Virus record (IMG/VR): IMGVR_UViG_3300014205_000170
Coordinates: 192,001-256,000 of that record
Origin: a virus
Lineage: Duplodnaviria; Caudoviricetes
Strand: one strand, 5' to 3'
Length of the DNA: 64,000 bases
Shown here: positions 39,234 to 50,039 of the stretch, piece after piece
How positions within the stretch are numbered: position 1 is the first letter of the stretch
Layout: every line of letters begins with the position of its first letter
Translations under genes and position numbers: made by a program
The notes under the pieces: model-generated
Seen by the model: the letters and a program-made list of their open reading frames with translations, nothing else
Database searches by the model: none
Told to the model about the DNA's origin: nothing

Positions 39234-39980
39234 TTATCCACCAAATCCACTTATCATTGGAGAATTACCACCACCTAATGAATTAGGATTTATATTTGCT
39301 GTTGCAGTTCCAAAATCAGTTACAGAGAATACTGCAGTACTTTTAACTACAACTGGTTTTAATGGCTCAGCTTTTTCAAATTGAAAAGTCATTTTGTTAT
39401 AATTTGAACCTGTTTTTGGAAAGAAAATTCTCAATCTATATCCCGGAACAAACGCAGTTGGTGCTTTAATTGGAATAATTAATTCTTGATTTTGAGATTG
39501 GATTTTGCCGTAATTATTTGGAGTTACATTATAAACACCATCACTAACCAATAGTCCATCAATAAACGTCATTAATTGTTGAGTAACGACTGCTGGAAGA
39601 TTTGCGGTTGCAGTCCCTAAATTCCAAGTAATATCATTATATGTTGTTTTATATTCTACAGTATCAACAGTATCTTTAACTAAAATAGTATCGCCTGGAG
39701 AAATTAAGTTCTCTAGAGTTCTACCTTTTGCTCCTTTAACAGCAGTTTCGTTCTCTCCTGATAAATCCGGAACATCTCCAGAATCTAATTGATAAGCTAA
39801 ACGATAATTTACATCTGAATCACTTAGTGAAAAGCGTTCAATTTGCAATCTATCGATTGTTTGACCATTTGCCAAAGTAATATACCTTGGATTATCATTA
39901 CTATTGAATAAGTATTGTCTTCCAATCTCTGTAAGATAAGCTGTTGCTGTTATTGTCGTTCCTGAAGCTATTGCACCCAT
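39234..39980 (-). CDS. virion structural protein
   Basis: AYLTEIGRQYL...IERFSLSDSDVNY N-terminal motif of tail/baseplate proteins. Confidence 0.6.
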   Translation of the reverse strand: MGAIASGTTITATAYLTEIGRQYLFNSNDNPRYITLANGQTIDRLQIERFSLSDSDVNYRLAYQLDSGDVPDLSGENETAVKGAKGRTLENLISPGDTILVKDTVDTVEYKTTYNDITWNLGTATANLPAVVTQQLMTFIDGLLVSDGVYNVTPNNYGKIQSQNQELIIPIKAPTAFVPGYRLRIFFPKTGSNYNKMTFQFEKAEPLKPVVVKSTAVFSVTDFGTATANINPNSLGGGNSPMISGFGG

Positions 39981-39993
39981 TTTGTTTTATTTT

Positions 39994-42024
39994 TTAAAAA
40001 TCTATTTCTAATTGAAAGGCTAAGAATCGACCCAAACTTTTTCTAATTGGGTAGGTTGGTTTACCTACTGCAACTAAATTACTATCTTGGTCAAGTATTC
40101 CTATTTCTGTTATGTATGTTTGTGAATCTAATTCTGAATCAAATGTATAATTGGTTGTTGAATTCAATTGGTCATTCTTCGCAGTTGCAACAATAGATGT
40201 TTTATAAGTTGTTGCCAAAATACTCACATCGATATTACCATAGAAAATTGCTTCATTACCAAAATATAAAGTTTCAGATGCTCCAGTAAAATTAGAAGTC
40301 AAATTATATGTTGAACCTGAATCAAAATCTTCTTGAGAAACAATAAAATTATAACCTGCCAACTTAAGTGGGTCAATAGTTAAATCGCCTCCTCCAGTTG
40401 TTTCTCCGGAATAAACTCCATTACCTCCAATGCTTTTATCCGATACTCGTTTCCAGTCTGTTGCCGGAACATTACCTTTATTATAAGCTGCTGAGGTTAA
40501 TTGTTCATTAACCAATAATTGAACGCTATTTGCATTCCAGCCGGTTCCGGAATATGAAGAAGATGGTATTGTGTTTGAACTACTTCTTAAATAAGGGAAT
40601 GACCTTGATGGAAATGATAAACTTAAATATTGTGCATTGCCATTTGTATCTGTTTCTCCATTAATTACAACAACATTTTCAGAATGTAATGCTGTACTAT
40701 AACCAAATGATGCTCCTGAAATATAACTTTGATGATTTTCAGGAAGATATGTAACAAAATATGTATATCCGCTTTTACATAAACCGGTTGCTTGAGAAGT
40801 CGTAAGTGGAAACTTAGGATTTGCTACTAAAGTAACTTGTGGTTCTGGTAATGTATAACTTCTGTTTGATTTATAAGATAAAGCAGTCAGTAATTCTTGG
40901 TCAGTTATAACTGCCATCTTTAATTTGTGATATACGCGTCCAACAACTTTACTTGTAGAACCAATTCCATCTCTTAAAAACCTAAAAGTAGTATTAGCAC
41001 TTACATCAAAGTAAGAATCTCCATAATAATCATAGGTTGTAAGACCATATTCAACACCTTGTCCATTATCTGAACCGATGTTGTGCCACATTACTGTTGG
41101 CATTGTCATTATAAATGTTCTTTCTATGAATTGTTCAGCATATGTATTCCCGGAATATTCATTTGTAAAATGGATGATTCCAATTGCTTTTGTATCAGAT
41201 GAAAAACCAAAATAGTGCTTTGTGCCACAATATTCCACAGAACCATAAGTAGTATAACCACTTTCAATATTCAATGTACCTTCAACGTTATTTGTTCGAA
41301 CAATATTCATGTTCCAAACCCTTGTTGCTTGTGTTACAGCAGAACCATAATAAGATTCAACGCCGTTATTTGGATAAAAATAGCAATTAATTTTTTGTGC
41401 TGTGTTAATTGTACCTCCAAAATTTGGTACATTTCTATCTAAAGTAACGTTTAAAGCAGATGTGCTTGCCGAAACACGATACCATAAAGAATTAGTAGGA
41501 TTACCAGAAGCCAACATTGTGTTTGTAACAAATGTTTTACCACTATTTTGAACTGGTTCCCATGGAATAAAAATTAAATCTCCTGTTTGAGCTGTGTATC
41601 CACCGGCATCAAAAACTAATGTATTACCACCATTCAAACTTGTTGAAGCTGAATAGGTAAAAGTTGCTTTTCCTAAATAACGATTTTGGTCTACTGCATA
41701 AGCGTTTGTAGAACCTGTAAAGAAACCAGCAGTTGTTGTTGTAGCCGTTGCTAATTGTCTTGCTGAGGTTACTTGATTGCCTTCTAATAAAAACCCATCT
41801 GAACCATCAAAATTGGTTGCAAATGGTGGTTGAGAATCTTTTGGAGCTAAAACTCTATTATTTGATAAATTAAAAGATGGAGTTCGACCAACAGAATAAT
41901 CCATTTCTCGGTCAGAAAATACAGCTTTTGTAAACACAAGTTTACCCAAAGACAATTGTCTCCTACCTGCATCAGTGAGCTTAATATTTATAAAAGTTTG
42001 TGGCTCGTTTGTTAAAAAACTCAT
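39994..42024 (-). CDS. tail collar/baseplate structural protein
   Basis: INIKLTDAGRRQL N-terminus and YITEIGILD....LVAVGKP..PIRK C-terminus. Confidence 0.65.
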   Translation of the reverse strand: MSFLTNEPQTFINIKLTDAGRRQLSLGKLVFTKAVFSDREMDYSVGRTPSFNLSNNRVLAPKDSQPPFATNFDGSDGFLLEGNQVTSARQLATATTTTAGFFTGSTNAYAVDQNRYLGKATFTYSASTSLNGGNTLVFDAGGYTAQTGDLIFIPWEPVQNSGKTFVTNTMLASGNPTNSLWYRVSASTSALNVTLDRNVPNFGGTINTAQKINCYFYPNNGVESYYGSAVTQATRVWNMNIVRTNNVEGTLNIESGYTTYGSVEYCGTKHYFGFSSDTKAIGIIHFTNEYSGNTYAEQFIERTFIMTMPTVMWHNIGSDNGQGVEYGLTTYDYYGDSYFDVSANTTFRFLRDGIGSTSKVVGRVYHKLKMAVITDQELLTALSYKSNRSYTLPEPQVTLVANPKFPLTTSQATGLCKSGYTYFVTYLPENHQSYISGASFGYSTALHSENVVVINGETDTNGNAQYLSLSFPSRSFPYLRSSSNTIPSSSYSGTGWNANSVQLLVNEQLTSAAYNKGNVPATDWKRVSDKSIGGNGVYSGETTGGGDLTIDPLKLAGYNFIVSQEDFDSGSTYNLTSNFTGASETLYFGNEAIFYGNIDVSILATTYKTSIVATAKNDQLNSTTNYTFDSELDSQTYITEIGILDQDSNLVAVGKPTYPIRKSLGRFLAFQLEIDF

Positions 42025-42171
42025 TATTAGATTCTTTTTGGATAAATATACTTTAAAAATAAAATTAAGTAAATTCTAAACCATATTTTACCTATTCAAC
42101 AATCTTAAAAAATACCTGAATTAATTTTACTTTGCTTTTTTTTGGTTGAATATTTACATTAAACCAATATT

Positions 42172-44733
42172 GTGGCTGAAGTTCTAATAAATACCGGAAA
42201 TACACTATCTATTTTTTCTAGCCCAGGACAAGATAAACGTTTTCCAATCACAAGTTCTGATTCTGTATTCACATTTGGTGATTTTAGAATTGAACGTCCA
42301 AACATTTTTGATAATCTAGAATTATCATCAAGTGCCGTTTCTTTTTCTAATTTTTCAACTTTAGATAACTTCTCAGGAGATACATCCACAGAGATTCAAC
42401 CTTTCGGAACAAGTGAAAATGAACTTAATCCAGATGTAACCAATCCACAATCTTACGCTTATTTTGGTAGTTTTTACACAAAGGTTTCAAGAGCTATCAA
42501 TACATTAATAGAAACATTTCCTTACGCTATATTATCTTATACTAGTGGTTCTTCAAATACAGTTTTTGGATATACAACAGATACAGTAGCCGGAACTTCT
42601 ACTTTTAAATTAGCTTTATCCGGAATTTCAAATCAAGGCAATGTTATATTTGCTTCCGGAGTAACAGAAACAGACACAAAAACCTTATACAACAATTATA
42701 ATACGTATGGTATACAGTTTAGCGGAACTGCCAATACTCATACATATAATATAATAGGGTATCAATATACTACTGGTACAACCGGATATATGCAATTTAC
42801 TGTTGAGGGGTATATTTTCACAGGAAGTACTTCTGCAACCACAGAACCAATTTATGTTCGACCAACAGTTAATGATTATAGTCAATATCAACGAACCATA
42901 TCAAATTTAGAGTATCAATTGGCTTTTGATGGAACATTTAAAATTCCAGATATAGACAATGAAACTTTATCCACATATGAAACATTTACATGGCCAAGAA
43001 GTATCGATGGATTCAATTTAGATACATATGGAGATGATTATGATGATTATGTAGAATCAATTTTATTAGCAGCAACAAGAGTAGATGACGTAAAAACCTC
43101 TTGGATGACTCGAACCATGATTCCGGAACAATTCACGGAATTGGATACAGATACTCAAATTTATCAAAAATTAATTTCGACATACGCAGAAGAATTTGAT
43201 AGCATCAAAGGTTATATCGATAACCTTGCTTTTATGCATACTGTTGATTATGATAGAATTGAAAGTGTTCCTGATAAATTCATGTACAAGCTCTCAAGGT
43301 TATTAGCTTTTGATTTTCATGATGCCTTTACAGATACCGAAATCTTTGATTACTTTTTAACAGAAGATGAAGATGGTAAAACCCTACAAGATTACAACTT
43401 CGAATTGTGGAGAAAGATGCTTGTAAACATTGTATGGCTTTATAAGAAAAAAGGAACAAGAGATGCCATCATGTTCTTATTTAAATTAATCGGTGCACCT
43501 GAATGTTTGGTTAATTTAAATGAATTTGTTTACGAAATTGTAAAAACTGCTAGTGCACAAAATGCAGAAGCAATAGACCCTGCTTCGGCAGAACAAGATA
43601 CTCTTAGTAACAAAATAGATACTGATGGATATATTAATTTTGATGCTTCAAAATATATTTTTCAAGAAGGTGGGATACACAGAGGTAATGGTCAATCATA
43701 TTTAGACCAATGGAGTCCTGAATTTACTTTAAAGAAAATAGTTGATAATGTAAAAGTTTATACTGGAGACACAGAATTTGGAACAAGAAATTTAGTAAAC
43801 TCTAAAGAAGTCGATTTGTCTTTAAATCCAGCTTCTGCTATTGAATGTGATGTAAAAGATTGGTATACTTTAGGATTTGGACTTTGGAGTTGGGGCACAA
43901 CCGGTTTAACAGCAAGTCCATTTACAGTATTGGCTTTCTCTGGAATGACAGTACCATTCGAATGGACTCCAGACCCATATTCTATACTTAATATTCTTCC
44001 AAATAGCATTACTGCTATGACTATCTCACAGTGGATTGATTTTCTTTATGCTTCAAACGTAGACCCTACAAATCGAAAGACGGTCAGTAACTATTCCAAT
44101 CATATGGGACAATATATGTCTTTGAAAAAGATTTATATGACTTATATGTTATGGACCAATAACCAAGAATCCAATAGATTAACTTTTGGAAAAATGGAAA
44201 GGTTATTGGAATTGTTAGAGAGAAATTTCTTTGGTTATATGGAAGATTTTGTTCCAGCCACAACCATTTTAGAAAACATTTCTACTGTTTATAGAAATAC
44301 AGTTTTTGAAAGACAAAAATTTATCTATCCTACTGGCCTCAATGATGGGTCTGAATTTCAAAAAGAATTACCTCCTGAGCTTGAAAAAACTCTTGAAGTT
44401 GCTATTGTACAATCAACAGTTAATAATAATATTCAACCACAATCTCTTATTTTTTCAATAGAGAATTCAGTTGTTAATAATATTATTGCGCAAAACCCGG
44501 CAAATACTGTTGTGGCCACAACAGCAGCTCCGATAAACCCAAGTAATTTTAGCTTTACAGTAGTTTCTAATTTTTATCCTGAGACTGACCAGGATTTTAC
44601 AACAGCAAATATGTACACAACGCAAATTAGTAATTATTTCTCCGGAAATACAGTAGTTGCGTTTTATGGAGAAAACTCTATATTTAACACCGGCCTTACT
44701 ATAGGCTCAATAGCAATAGATAATATATCATAA
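42172..44733 (+). CDS. baseplate wedge-like protein
   Basis: IVWLYKKKGTRDAI.FLFKLIG motif; FVPATTI. Confidence 0.65.
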   Translation: MAEVLINTGNTLSIFSSPGQDKRFPITSSDSVFTFGDFRIERPNIFDNLELSSSAVSFSNFSTLDNFSGDTSTEIQPFGTSENELNPDVTNPQSYAYFGSFYTKVSRAINTLIETFPYAILSYTSGSSNTVFGYTTDTVAGTSTFKLALSGISNQGNVIFASGVTETDTKTLYNNYNTYGIQFSGTANTHTYNIIGYQYTTGTTGYMQFTVEGYIFTGSTSATTEPIYVRPTVNDYSQYQRTISNLEYQLAFDGTFKIPDIDNETLSTYETFTWPRSIDGFNLDTYGDDYDDYVESILLAATRVDDVKTSWMTRTMIPEQFTELDTDTQIYQKLISTYAEEFDSIKGYIDNLAFMHTVDYDRIESVPDKFMYKLSRLLAFDFHDAFTDTEIFDYFLTEDEDGKTLQDYNFELWRKMLVNIVWLYKKKGTRDAIMFLFKLIGAPECLVNLNEFVYEIVKTASAQNAEAIDPASAEQDTLSNKIDTDGYINFDASKYIFQEGGIHRGNGQSYLDQWSPEFTLKKIVDNVKVYTGDTEFGTRNLVNSKEVDLSLNPASAIECDVKDWYTLGFGLWSWGTTGLTASPFTVLAFSGMTVPFEWTPDPYSILNILPNSITAMTISQWIDFLYASNVDPTNRKTVSNYSNHMGQYMSLKKIYMTYMLWTNNQESNRLTFGKMERLLELLERNFFGYMEDFVPATTILENISTVYRNTVFERQKFIYPTGLNDGSEFQKELPPELEKTLEVAIVQSTVNNNIQPQSLIFSIENSVVNNIIAQNPANTVVATTAAPINPSNFSFTVVSNFYPETDQDFTTANMYTTQISNYFSGNTVVAFYGENSIFNTGLTIGSIAIDNIS

Positions 44734-46292
44734 TGGCAATAGAAAAATACATAACTTCGAGAACTTCCGGAAGTGGTACTAGCATGTCACAGGTTTTTTT
44801 ATCTAATACCATTGTTAAACATAATGAAGTTGTTTCTTCGCCATTCAATTTTGATGTTCCTGTTTACTCTTTAAATGGAGCCACATTTAATTATTACCAA
44901 CAAACAACAGATGGTATATCAGCAAGTTTAAACAATATAAAGACGGTTACATTTTCAATATCTGCAAATACTAATTCTCTTACAGGTACAACAAAAATGA
45001 AACACGATATCTATAAAATAGATTATGAAATTTATACAGCATTCACATCCAATCCAACTGTTTTAAGTTCAACTACAAATCCAACTATATTTTCGAGCGC
45101 AACTTTGAGTCAAGTTATATCTCCAACACTTGTTGTAAGTACTGGGACAACATCTGCTTTAACTCAAGCGACAATTAATATTATTTCGGCAGTTACAACT
45201 CCATTTTATACAGTTTATGAAAACGTAACAGGAGCTACTTTTTTAATAGTTTCAGCACACACCTTAACTTTACCTCAAAAAATTAAGCCTGTTGGACAAT
45301 ATACACAAGATTTCTTTTTAGATAAATCACAATATTTTATTGATTCAAAATTTGTCTTTGAAACAAATGTTAATCAAACAATTGGAGATATACAAAGATA
45401 TAGTGGAGACCAAATAGTACAAATATATGACATGCCATATAGTGCTACCACATATTTGGAATCTGCTTCTGCTACACATACAATAACTGGAGGAACGTTT
45501 AGTGGTGTTACTATTAGTGGGGCTACATTTACTTATTTTGTACCACCAAAAAAATCTGATATTTTTGTTGTAGATGGTCAACCATCAGTCCAAGGAACTT
45601 TAAATACCTTTGCTCCCATTTTTAGTTTTAAAAATGTAGAAGATGGTGATTATTATAAAGTACAAGTAAATTATAGTACAGGAGACACAACTTTCACAGG
45701 TGAAACAACTGTTTTTAAATTTCAAAGACAACTTGGAAATGCTGAATATGTAAGAACGGTTGCAGCAGCTCTAACTCCAAATGCAGATTTTATTTACAGG
45801 ATTGGAAATACAAAAGAAATAATAAATCTCTTTAATATAAAGCAAAATGTAACCACATGGAGTGAATTTACATATGCTAGAACTTCCAATGATGGAACAT
45901 TTACACTATCTGGTCATACATGGTTAAATCAGATTAACGGGTCTCCAGTTCAAAATGTTATATTAACATTAACAATTTTATCTACTAATTCAACTGTTGA
46001 CCTAGGCTCAGACACTCCAAATGACCCAAACACTATAAGTGAAGTGACAAATCCATTAGGAGGAGGAGTTGGTTCTACAATTACTATAACATCAGATGCA
46101 AATGGGTATTTTACATTTGGTAAAATAAATGGTGGACAATATACATTAACTGCTCAACACACAGACCCTTTAAATTTCCCAACGCAAACATTTAACTTTT
46201 TTTTAAGTACAGATACTAATATTGATATTGTTTTCAGTATTTTATGGGGTAACACTAATATTGACTTTCTTCAACCATATACATTCCTATAA
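44733..46292 (+). CDS. structural protein with beta-sandwich (carboxypeptidase-regulatory-like) C-terminal domain
   Basis: TITSDANGYFTFG.I.GGQYTLTA; S/T-rich. Confidence 0.55.
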   Translation: MAIEKYITSRTSGSGTSMSQVFLSNTIVKHNEVVSSPFNFDVPVYSLNGATFNYYQQTTDGISASLNNIKTVTFSISANTNSLTGTTKMKHDIYKIDYEIYTAFTSNPTVLSSTTNPTIFSSATLSQVISPTLVVSTGTTSALTQATINIISAVTTPFYTVYENVTGATFLIVSAHTLTLPQKIKPVGQYTQDFFLDKSQYFIDSKFVFETNVNQTIGDIQRYSGDQIVQIYDMPYSATTYLESASATHTITGGTFSGVTISGATFTYFVPPKKSDIFVVDGQPSVQGTLNTFAPIFSFKNVEDGDYYKVQVNYSTGDTTFTGETTVFKFQRQLGNAEYVRTVAAALTPNADFIYRIGNTKEIINLFNIKQNVTTWSEFTYARTSNDGTFTLSGHTWLNQINGSPVQNVILTLTILSTNSTVDLGSDTPNDPNTISEVTNPLGGGVGSTITITSDANGYFTFGKINGGQYTLTAQHTDPLNFPTQTFNFFLSTDTNIDIVFSILWGNTNIDFLQPYTFL

Positions 46293-46349
46293 AAAGAATG
46301 AGTATGGGTTAATTTTTATTAAGATATTTATACAAAAAAGCATTAGATA

Positions 46350-48299
46350 ATGGCAATTGGAGAACTTATTTATGGAGTAGACACCTTGAATCAAGGTAGA
46401 ATAAAGATTAATAATTTTTATTCCGGTCAAACTATTATTTGGTCTTCAAGTACAGGAACTTATTCTGTTATAAGAAATAATGTGGCTGAAAATTTAAATA
46501 ACGCCGCATTAGGATTTAATTCATTCGCAGCTGGAGCTTCTAATACAGCATCAAATAATTTTAGTATAGCATTTTGGGGAACAGGAAATACATCATCGGG
46601 TTATTTTTCTAGTGTTTTAGTTGGTAAAAACAACACAGCGTCAGGAAATTTCACAACTATTTTAGCCGGTACAAACAATACAACAAATTCAACTGCAGTA
46701 TATTCTGTAATCATAGGAGGTTCTGGAAATACTATTTCCAATGGTGGAAGTTATGCTACAATATTAAACGGAAGACAAAATAGTGCATCCGGAAGTGATT
46801 CTTTAGTATCTGGTATAAAAAATACTGCTACAACAACAAATTCAGCCATAATTTCAGGACAACAAAACGTTGCCTCCGGTATTCGTTCATTTATGGGGGC
46901 TGGATACTTAAATTCAGCTGCAACATCTACAAATATTGCTATTTTAGGTGGAACAAGAAATGTAATTTCTGGCGCATCAGCAGCATATTCAGTAGTTATT
47001 GGTGGAGTACAAAATAATGCTACCGGACCATCTTCAGTAGTGTCAGGTGGTTATAGAAATAGCGCAAGAGATAATAGAAGTTTTGTAGGTGCTGGTAGAC
47101 AAAATTCAACCGCTAGTGGTGCTATAAGTTCTGCAATTTTAGGAGGTAGTGGAAATAGTATTTCTACTACTTATGCAACAATTGGAGGTGGACAAACAAA
47201 CAGAATACAATCTAATGGTAATTATGGTTTTATTGGAGGAGGAAAAAATAATTTAATTAGCTCAACTTATGGTGTCGGCTCATCAGGTATTGTTGGTGGT
47301 AGTGGAAACACAATTAACTCTTATGGTACATTTAGTTTTATAGGTGGTGGACAAGGAAATAGAAGTGCAAATAATCGCGGTGCGATTGTTGGAGGTTCTA
47401 CCAATTATATTGGCGGTTCCAATGCTGGTATTCTTTCTGGATACAGAAATAGAGCAGTTGGTAGTAGTAGTGGTGTAATAGCCGGAAAAGGATGTTATGC
47501 AGCAAATGCATATGCTGCTGCAATGGGTGGAGGTGCACAAACAAGAGCATCTTTCTCTTTAGTTATTGGAAATCAAAATACCACAACTCCAAACGTAGCA
47601 AATAATACAATTTCATTATCAGGTAGTGTTGGATACGTTGTTGCAGAAGGTGGTTTTCAAACGGCAACTGCCGATTATGCCGAGTATTTTGAGTGGGAAG
47701 ATGGAAATCCTTCTAAAGAAGATAGACGCGGATATTTCGTTTCTTTGGTTGATGATAAAATTAAAATTGCAAATGATGATGTACTAGGAATTATTTCATC
47801 AGCTCCTGGATTTATTGGAGACACAGCTGAACATCGCTGGTCAGGTATGTACATTAAAGATGATTGGAATAATACAGTGTTTGAAACATATACAAAATAT
47901 GATTGGTTAAGTGAAGATAAAGAAATAAACTACATAGTATTCAAAGATAAAGAAGGAAATTTATATAAAGAATATCCACACGCTTCCTTTCCTAAAGGTT
48001 TGATTTTTGAAGGAGTGGTTCCTGAAAATGCTAAAGTAGAACAAATTATGGTTCCAAAAATGAATCCTGATTATAATCCATCATCAGAAGCATATATATC
48101 TCGTGCAAACAGACCAGAATGGTCTCCAGTAGGTTTATTAGGAAAGTTACACGTAAGAACCGCAGAACCTATTACAAGTAAATCTATTGATGTGAATAAA
48201 AAAGGTTTAGCTATAAACGGAACTAAATACAGAGTTTTAAATACTATTAGACCTCATACCGAAAGTCAATATGGTATAGTAAAAGTTTTCTTTAAGTAA
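46350..48299 (+). CDS. tail fibre/spike with Gly-rich beta-helical repeats and C-terminal autocleaving chaperone (peptidase G2-like)
   Basis: Many (S/A)xIxGGxxN repeats; ADYAEYFEWEDGNP...RRGYFV...RANRPEWSPVGLLGK. Confidence 0.82.
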   Translation: MAIGELIYGVDTLNQGRIKINNFYSGQTIIWSSSTGTYSVIRNNVAENLNNAALGFNSFAAGASNTASNNFSIAFWGTGNTSSGYFSSVLVGKNNTASGNFTTILAGTNNTTNSTAVYSVIIGGSGNTISNGGSYATILNGRQNSASGSDSLVSGIKNTATTTNSAIISGQQNVASGIRSFMGAGYLNSAATSTNIAILGGTRNVISGASAAYSVVIGGVQNNATGPSSVVSGGYRNSARDNRSFVGAGRQNSTASGAISSAILGGSGNSISTTYATIGGGQTNRIQSNGNYGFIGGGKNNLISSTYGVGSSGIVGGSGNTINSYGTFSFIGGGQGNRSANNRGAIVGGSTNYIGGSNAGILSGYRNRAVGSSSGVIAGKGCYAANAYAAAMGGGAQTRASFSLVIGNQNTTTPNVANNTISLSGSVGYVVAEGGFQTATADYAEYFEWEDGNPSKEDRRGYFVSLVDDKIKIANDDVLGIISSAPGFIGDTAEHRWSGMYIKDDWNNTVFETYTKYDWLSEDKEINYIVFKDKEGNLYKEYPHASFPKGLIFEGVVPENAKVEQIMVPKMNPDYNPSSEAYISRANRPEWSPVGLLGKLHVRTAEPITSKSIDVNKKGLAINGTKYRVLNTIRPHTESQYGIVKVFFK

Positions 48300-48501
48300 T
48301 TTGTGCATCATAATATTTTTCAAACAACACTATTTTTGCAGGAATAATTATTTTTCCTTCGTGAAAAAATAAAAACATACTTTCAACTTTTTTTTCTTTT
48401 AATACATAAAAATGTATATAAGCAAAACTAATACGTACACAAAAACCTTTTTTTGACTGCCCTATATTCGTGTTAATTATATATGTAGAACCTATATTCA
48501 T
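48292..48501 (-). CDS. array 2 member (GDT..KG family, LxEK tag)
   Basis: IGSTY, KKGFC, AKIVLFEK. Confidence 0.62.
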   Translation of the reverse strand: MNIGSTYIINTNIGQSKKGFCVRISFAYIHFYVLKEKKVESMFLFFHEGKIIIPAKIVLFEKYYDAQIT

Positions 48502-48695
48502 AAATAACTTTTCTCAAACAACACAATTGTACAATGAACATATTGTAATTCAATTGCATAAAATATTTCTTTTTGATTTGGTCTCATTACAAAAAGTTCA
48601 AATGGCTTCCCTTCATTAACAACGAATCCTTTTCTATTTTCTTCTTTAAAGCGACATATCGTATCTCCGATTTTTATAGAATAATTATAACTCAT
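48498..48695 (-). CDS. array 2 member
   Basis: IGDTIC, RKGFVV, TIVLFEK. Confidence 0.65.
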   Translation of the reverse strand: MSYNYSIKIGDTICRFKEENRKGFVVNEGKPFELFVMRPNQKEIFYAIELQYVHCTIVLFEKSYL

Positions 48696-48704
48696 TGAAT
48701 TTTT

Positions 48705-48953
48705 TTAAAACGGAACAACATTCTCTTCTGAATATACTACTTTTTCAAATAAAACTATTTTACTTGGTATAAATAAATAAGGACTAGAATTAATGGTGTT
48801 ATTACCGCTAGGTGAAATGACTGACAAATTATAATTACTTGTACAATCTACTACAATTCCTTTTATTGCTTTTTTATATATTGATACATATATAGACGTT
48901 GGAGAATTACACACAGTGTCTCCATTTTTAAATTCAAGTTTCATCGAGGCCAT
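48705..48953 (-). CDS. array 2 member
   Basis: NGDTVC, IKGIVV, SKIVLFEK. Confidence 0.65.
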   Translation of the reverse strand: MASMKLEFKNGDTVCNSPTSIYVSIYKKAIKGIVVDCTSNYNLSVISPSGNNTINSSPYLFIPSKIVLFEKVVYSEENVVPF

Positions 48954-49141
48954 CTAAAAGTTTTTTCTATTAAAACCATTTTACTTAATTTGTAATGCGC
49001 TTTATAAGTATTAAGACACAATTTAATATTTGATTGAATGTATTCCACAAATGTGTCATTGCATTTTAAAACAAAGCCTTTACATTCTCCAATTTTGGTA
49101 CAATCATAAACATTACAAATTGTATCACCTATCTCAAACAT
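48941..49141 (-). CDS. array 2 member
   Basis: IGDTIC, CKGFVL, SKMVLIEK. Confidence 0.65.
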   Translation of the reverse strand: MFEIGDTICNVYDCTKIGECKGFVLKCNDTFVEYIQSNIKLCLNTYKAHYKLSKMVLIEKTFRWPR

Positions 49142-49353
49142 ATTTTTTCTATTAATACAATTCTAGCATTTATGAAATTTACATCTGGATTTCTATTATT
49201 ATGAAACTTCAATTTATGTCCTATTAAAATTAATTCTCGTGTTTTAATTCCAGTAATTAAATCTTTCATATTAAGAATAGCAAGTACATAACCTTTAATA
49301 CGTTTCCGTGTAAATCTATCAAATCCTATTACTGTATCACCTAATTTAAACAT
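49129..49353 (-). CDS. array 2 member
   Basis: LGDTVI, IKGYVL, ARIVLIEK. Confidence 0.65.
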   Translation of the reverse strand: MFKLGDTVIGFDRFTRKRIKGYVLAILNMKDLITGIKTRELILIGHKLKFHNNRNPDVNFINARIVLIEKICLR

Positions 49354-49355
49354 AT

Positions 49356-49583
49356 TTAAAAAACTACTATTCGGTCCTCTAATCTAGGTTTATGTTTTTC
49401 TAACAAAACAACAGAACTAAGAAAATAAATTCTATTATATGAATTAATCACTGTTTTTATGTTAGTTTTAATTAAAGAAATATTATCAAAGTCACAATAA
49501 ACAACAAAACCTTTATCAAATCCTGGTTTATTATGAAGGTAATCAAATTCACATACTGTATCTCCTATTTCAAATTCAATCAT
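49356..49583 (-). CDS. array 2 member
   Basis: IGDTVC, DKGFVV, SSVVLLEK. Confidence 0.65.
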   Translation of the reverse strand: MIEFEIGDTVCEFDYLHNKPGFDKGFVVYCDFDNISLIKTNIKTVINSYNRIYFLSSVVLLEKHKPRLEDRIVVF

Positions 49584-49640
49584 TAAATTCGTTTTTTAAT
49601 ATATCTTCGTATCCCAATATTAAATGAATTAGACATTTTT

Positions 49641-49973
49641 TTACCAAGGATATACTAATTTTTCAAAAATCACAAATGAATTTTCAATAGATTCATATTG
49701 TCTATCCTGAAAATAATATTTATCTATATCTACTTGTAATTTTTCTTTTGAAATAGATATTTTTTCATTTAAAACAATTCTTCTATTCTTTATTTTTCTA
49801 ATTTGTATCCAAGAATAAATTTGTCCATTATTAGACAAAATATCCATATTATAATTAAGTCCAGTTGGTCGCAAGGAACTTTGCGTTTGAAAAATGTTTA
49901 AAAGAATACCCTTTATTGTTTCGCCTTGTGCATTTGGCAAACCATGATAAGATATTGTATCTCCAACATTCAT
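49641..49973 (-). CDS. array 2 first member
   Basis: VGDTIS, IKGIL, RRIVLNEK and a second copy SFVIFEK. Confidence 0.65.
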   Translation of the reverse strand: MNVGDTISYHGLPNAQGETIKGILLNIFQTQSSLRPTGLNYNMDILSNNGQIYSWIQIRKIKNRRIVLNEKISISKEKLQVDIDKYYFQDRQYESIENSFVIFEKLVYPW

Positions 49974-49977
49974 TGGA

Positions 49978-49985
49978 CAAATATA
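49978..49985 (-). promoter_or_regulatory. Bacteroidota-type -7 element TATATTTG heading array 2
   Basis: TAnnTTTG 4 nt upstream of ATG 49973. Confidence 0.5.
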
Positions 49986-49987
49986 AT

Positions 49988-50018
49988 AAAAAAAGGGATA
50001 CCTTTTTATGTATCCCTT
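49988..50018 (-). terminator. intrinsic terminator
   Basis: AAGGGATAC / GTATCCCTT stem with U tail after the 50040 stop. Confidence 0.75.
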
Positions 50019-50039
50019 CTCTTTAATTTAGACCGTATT

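Noticed and set aside
35015-49973. Diversity-generating retroelement behind the paralog arrays
   Set aside because: No reverse transcriptase and no near-identical TR/VR pair with adenine-specific differences seen in this window.
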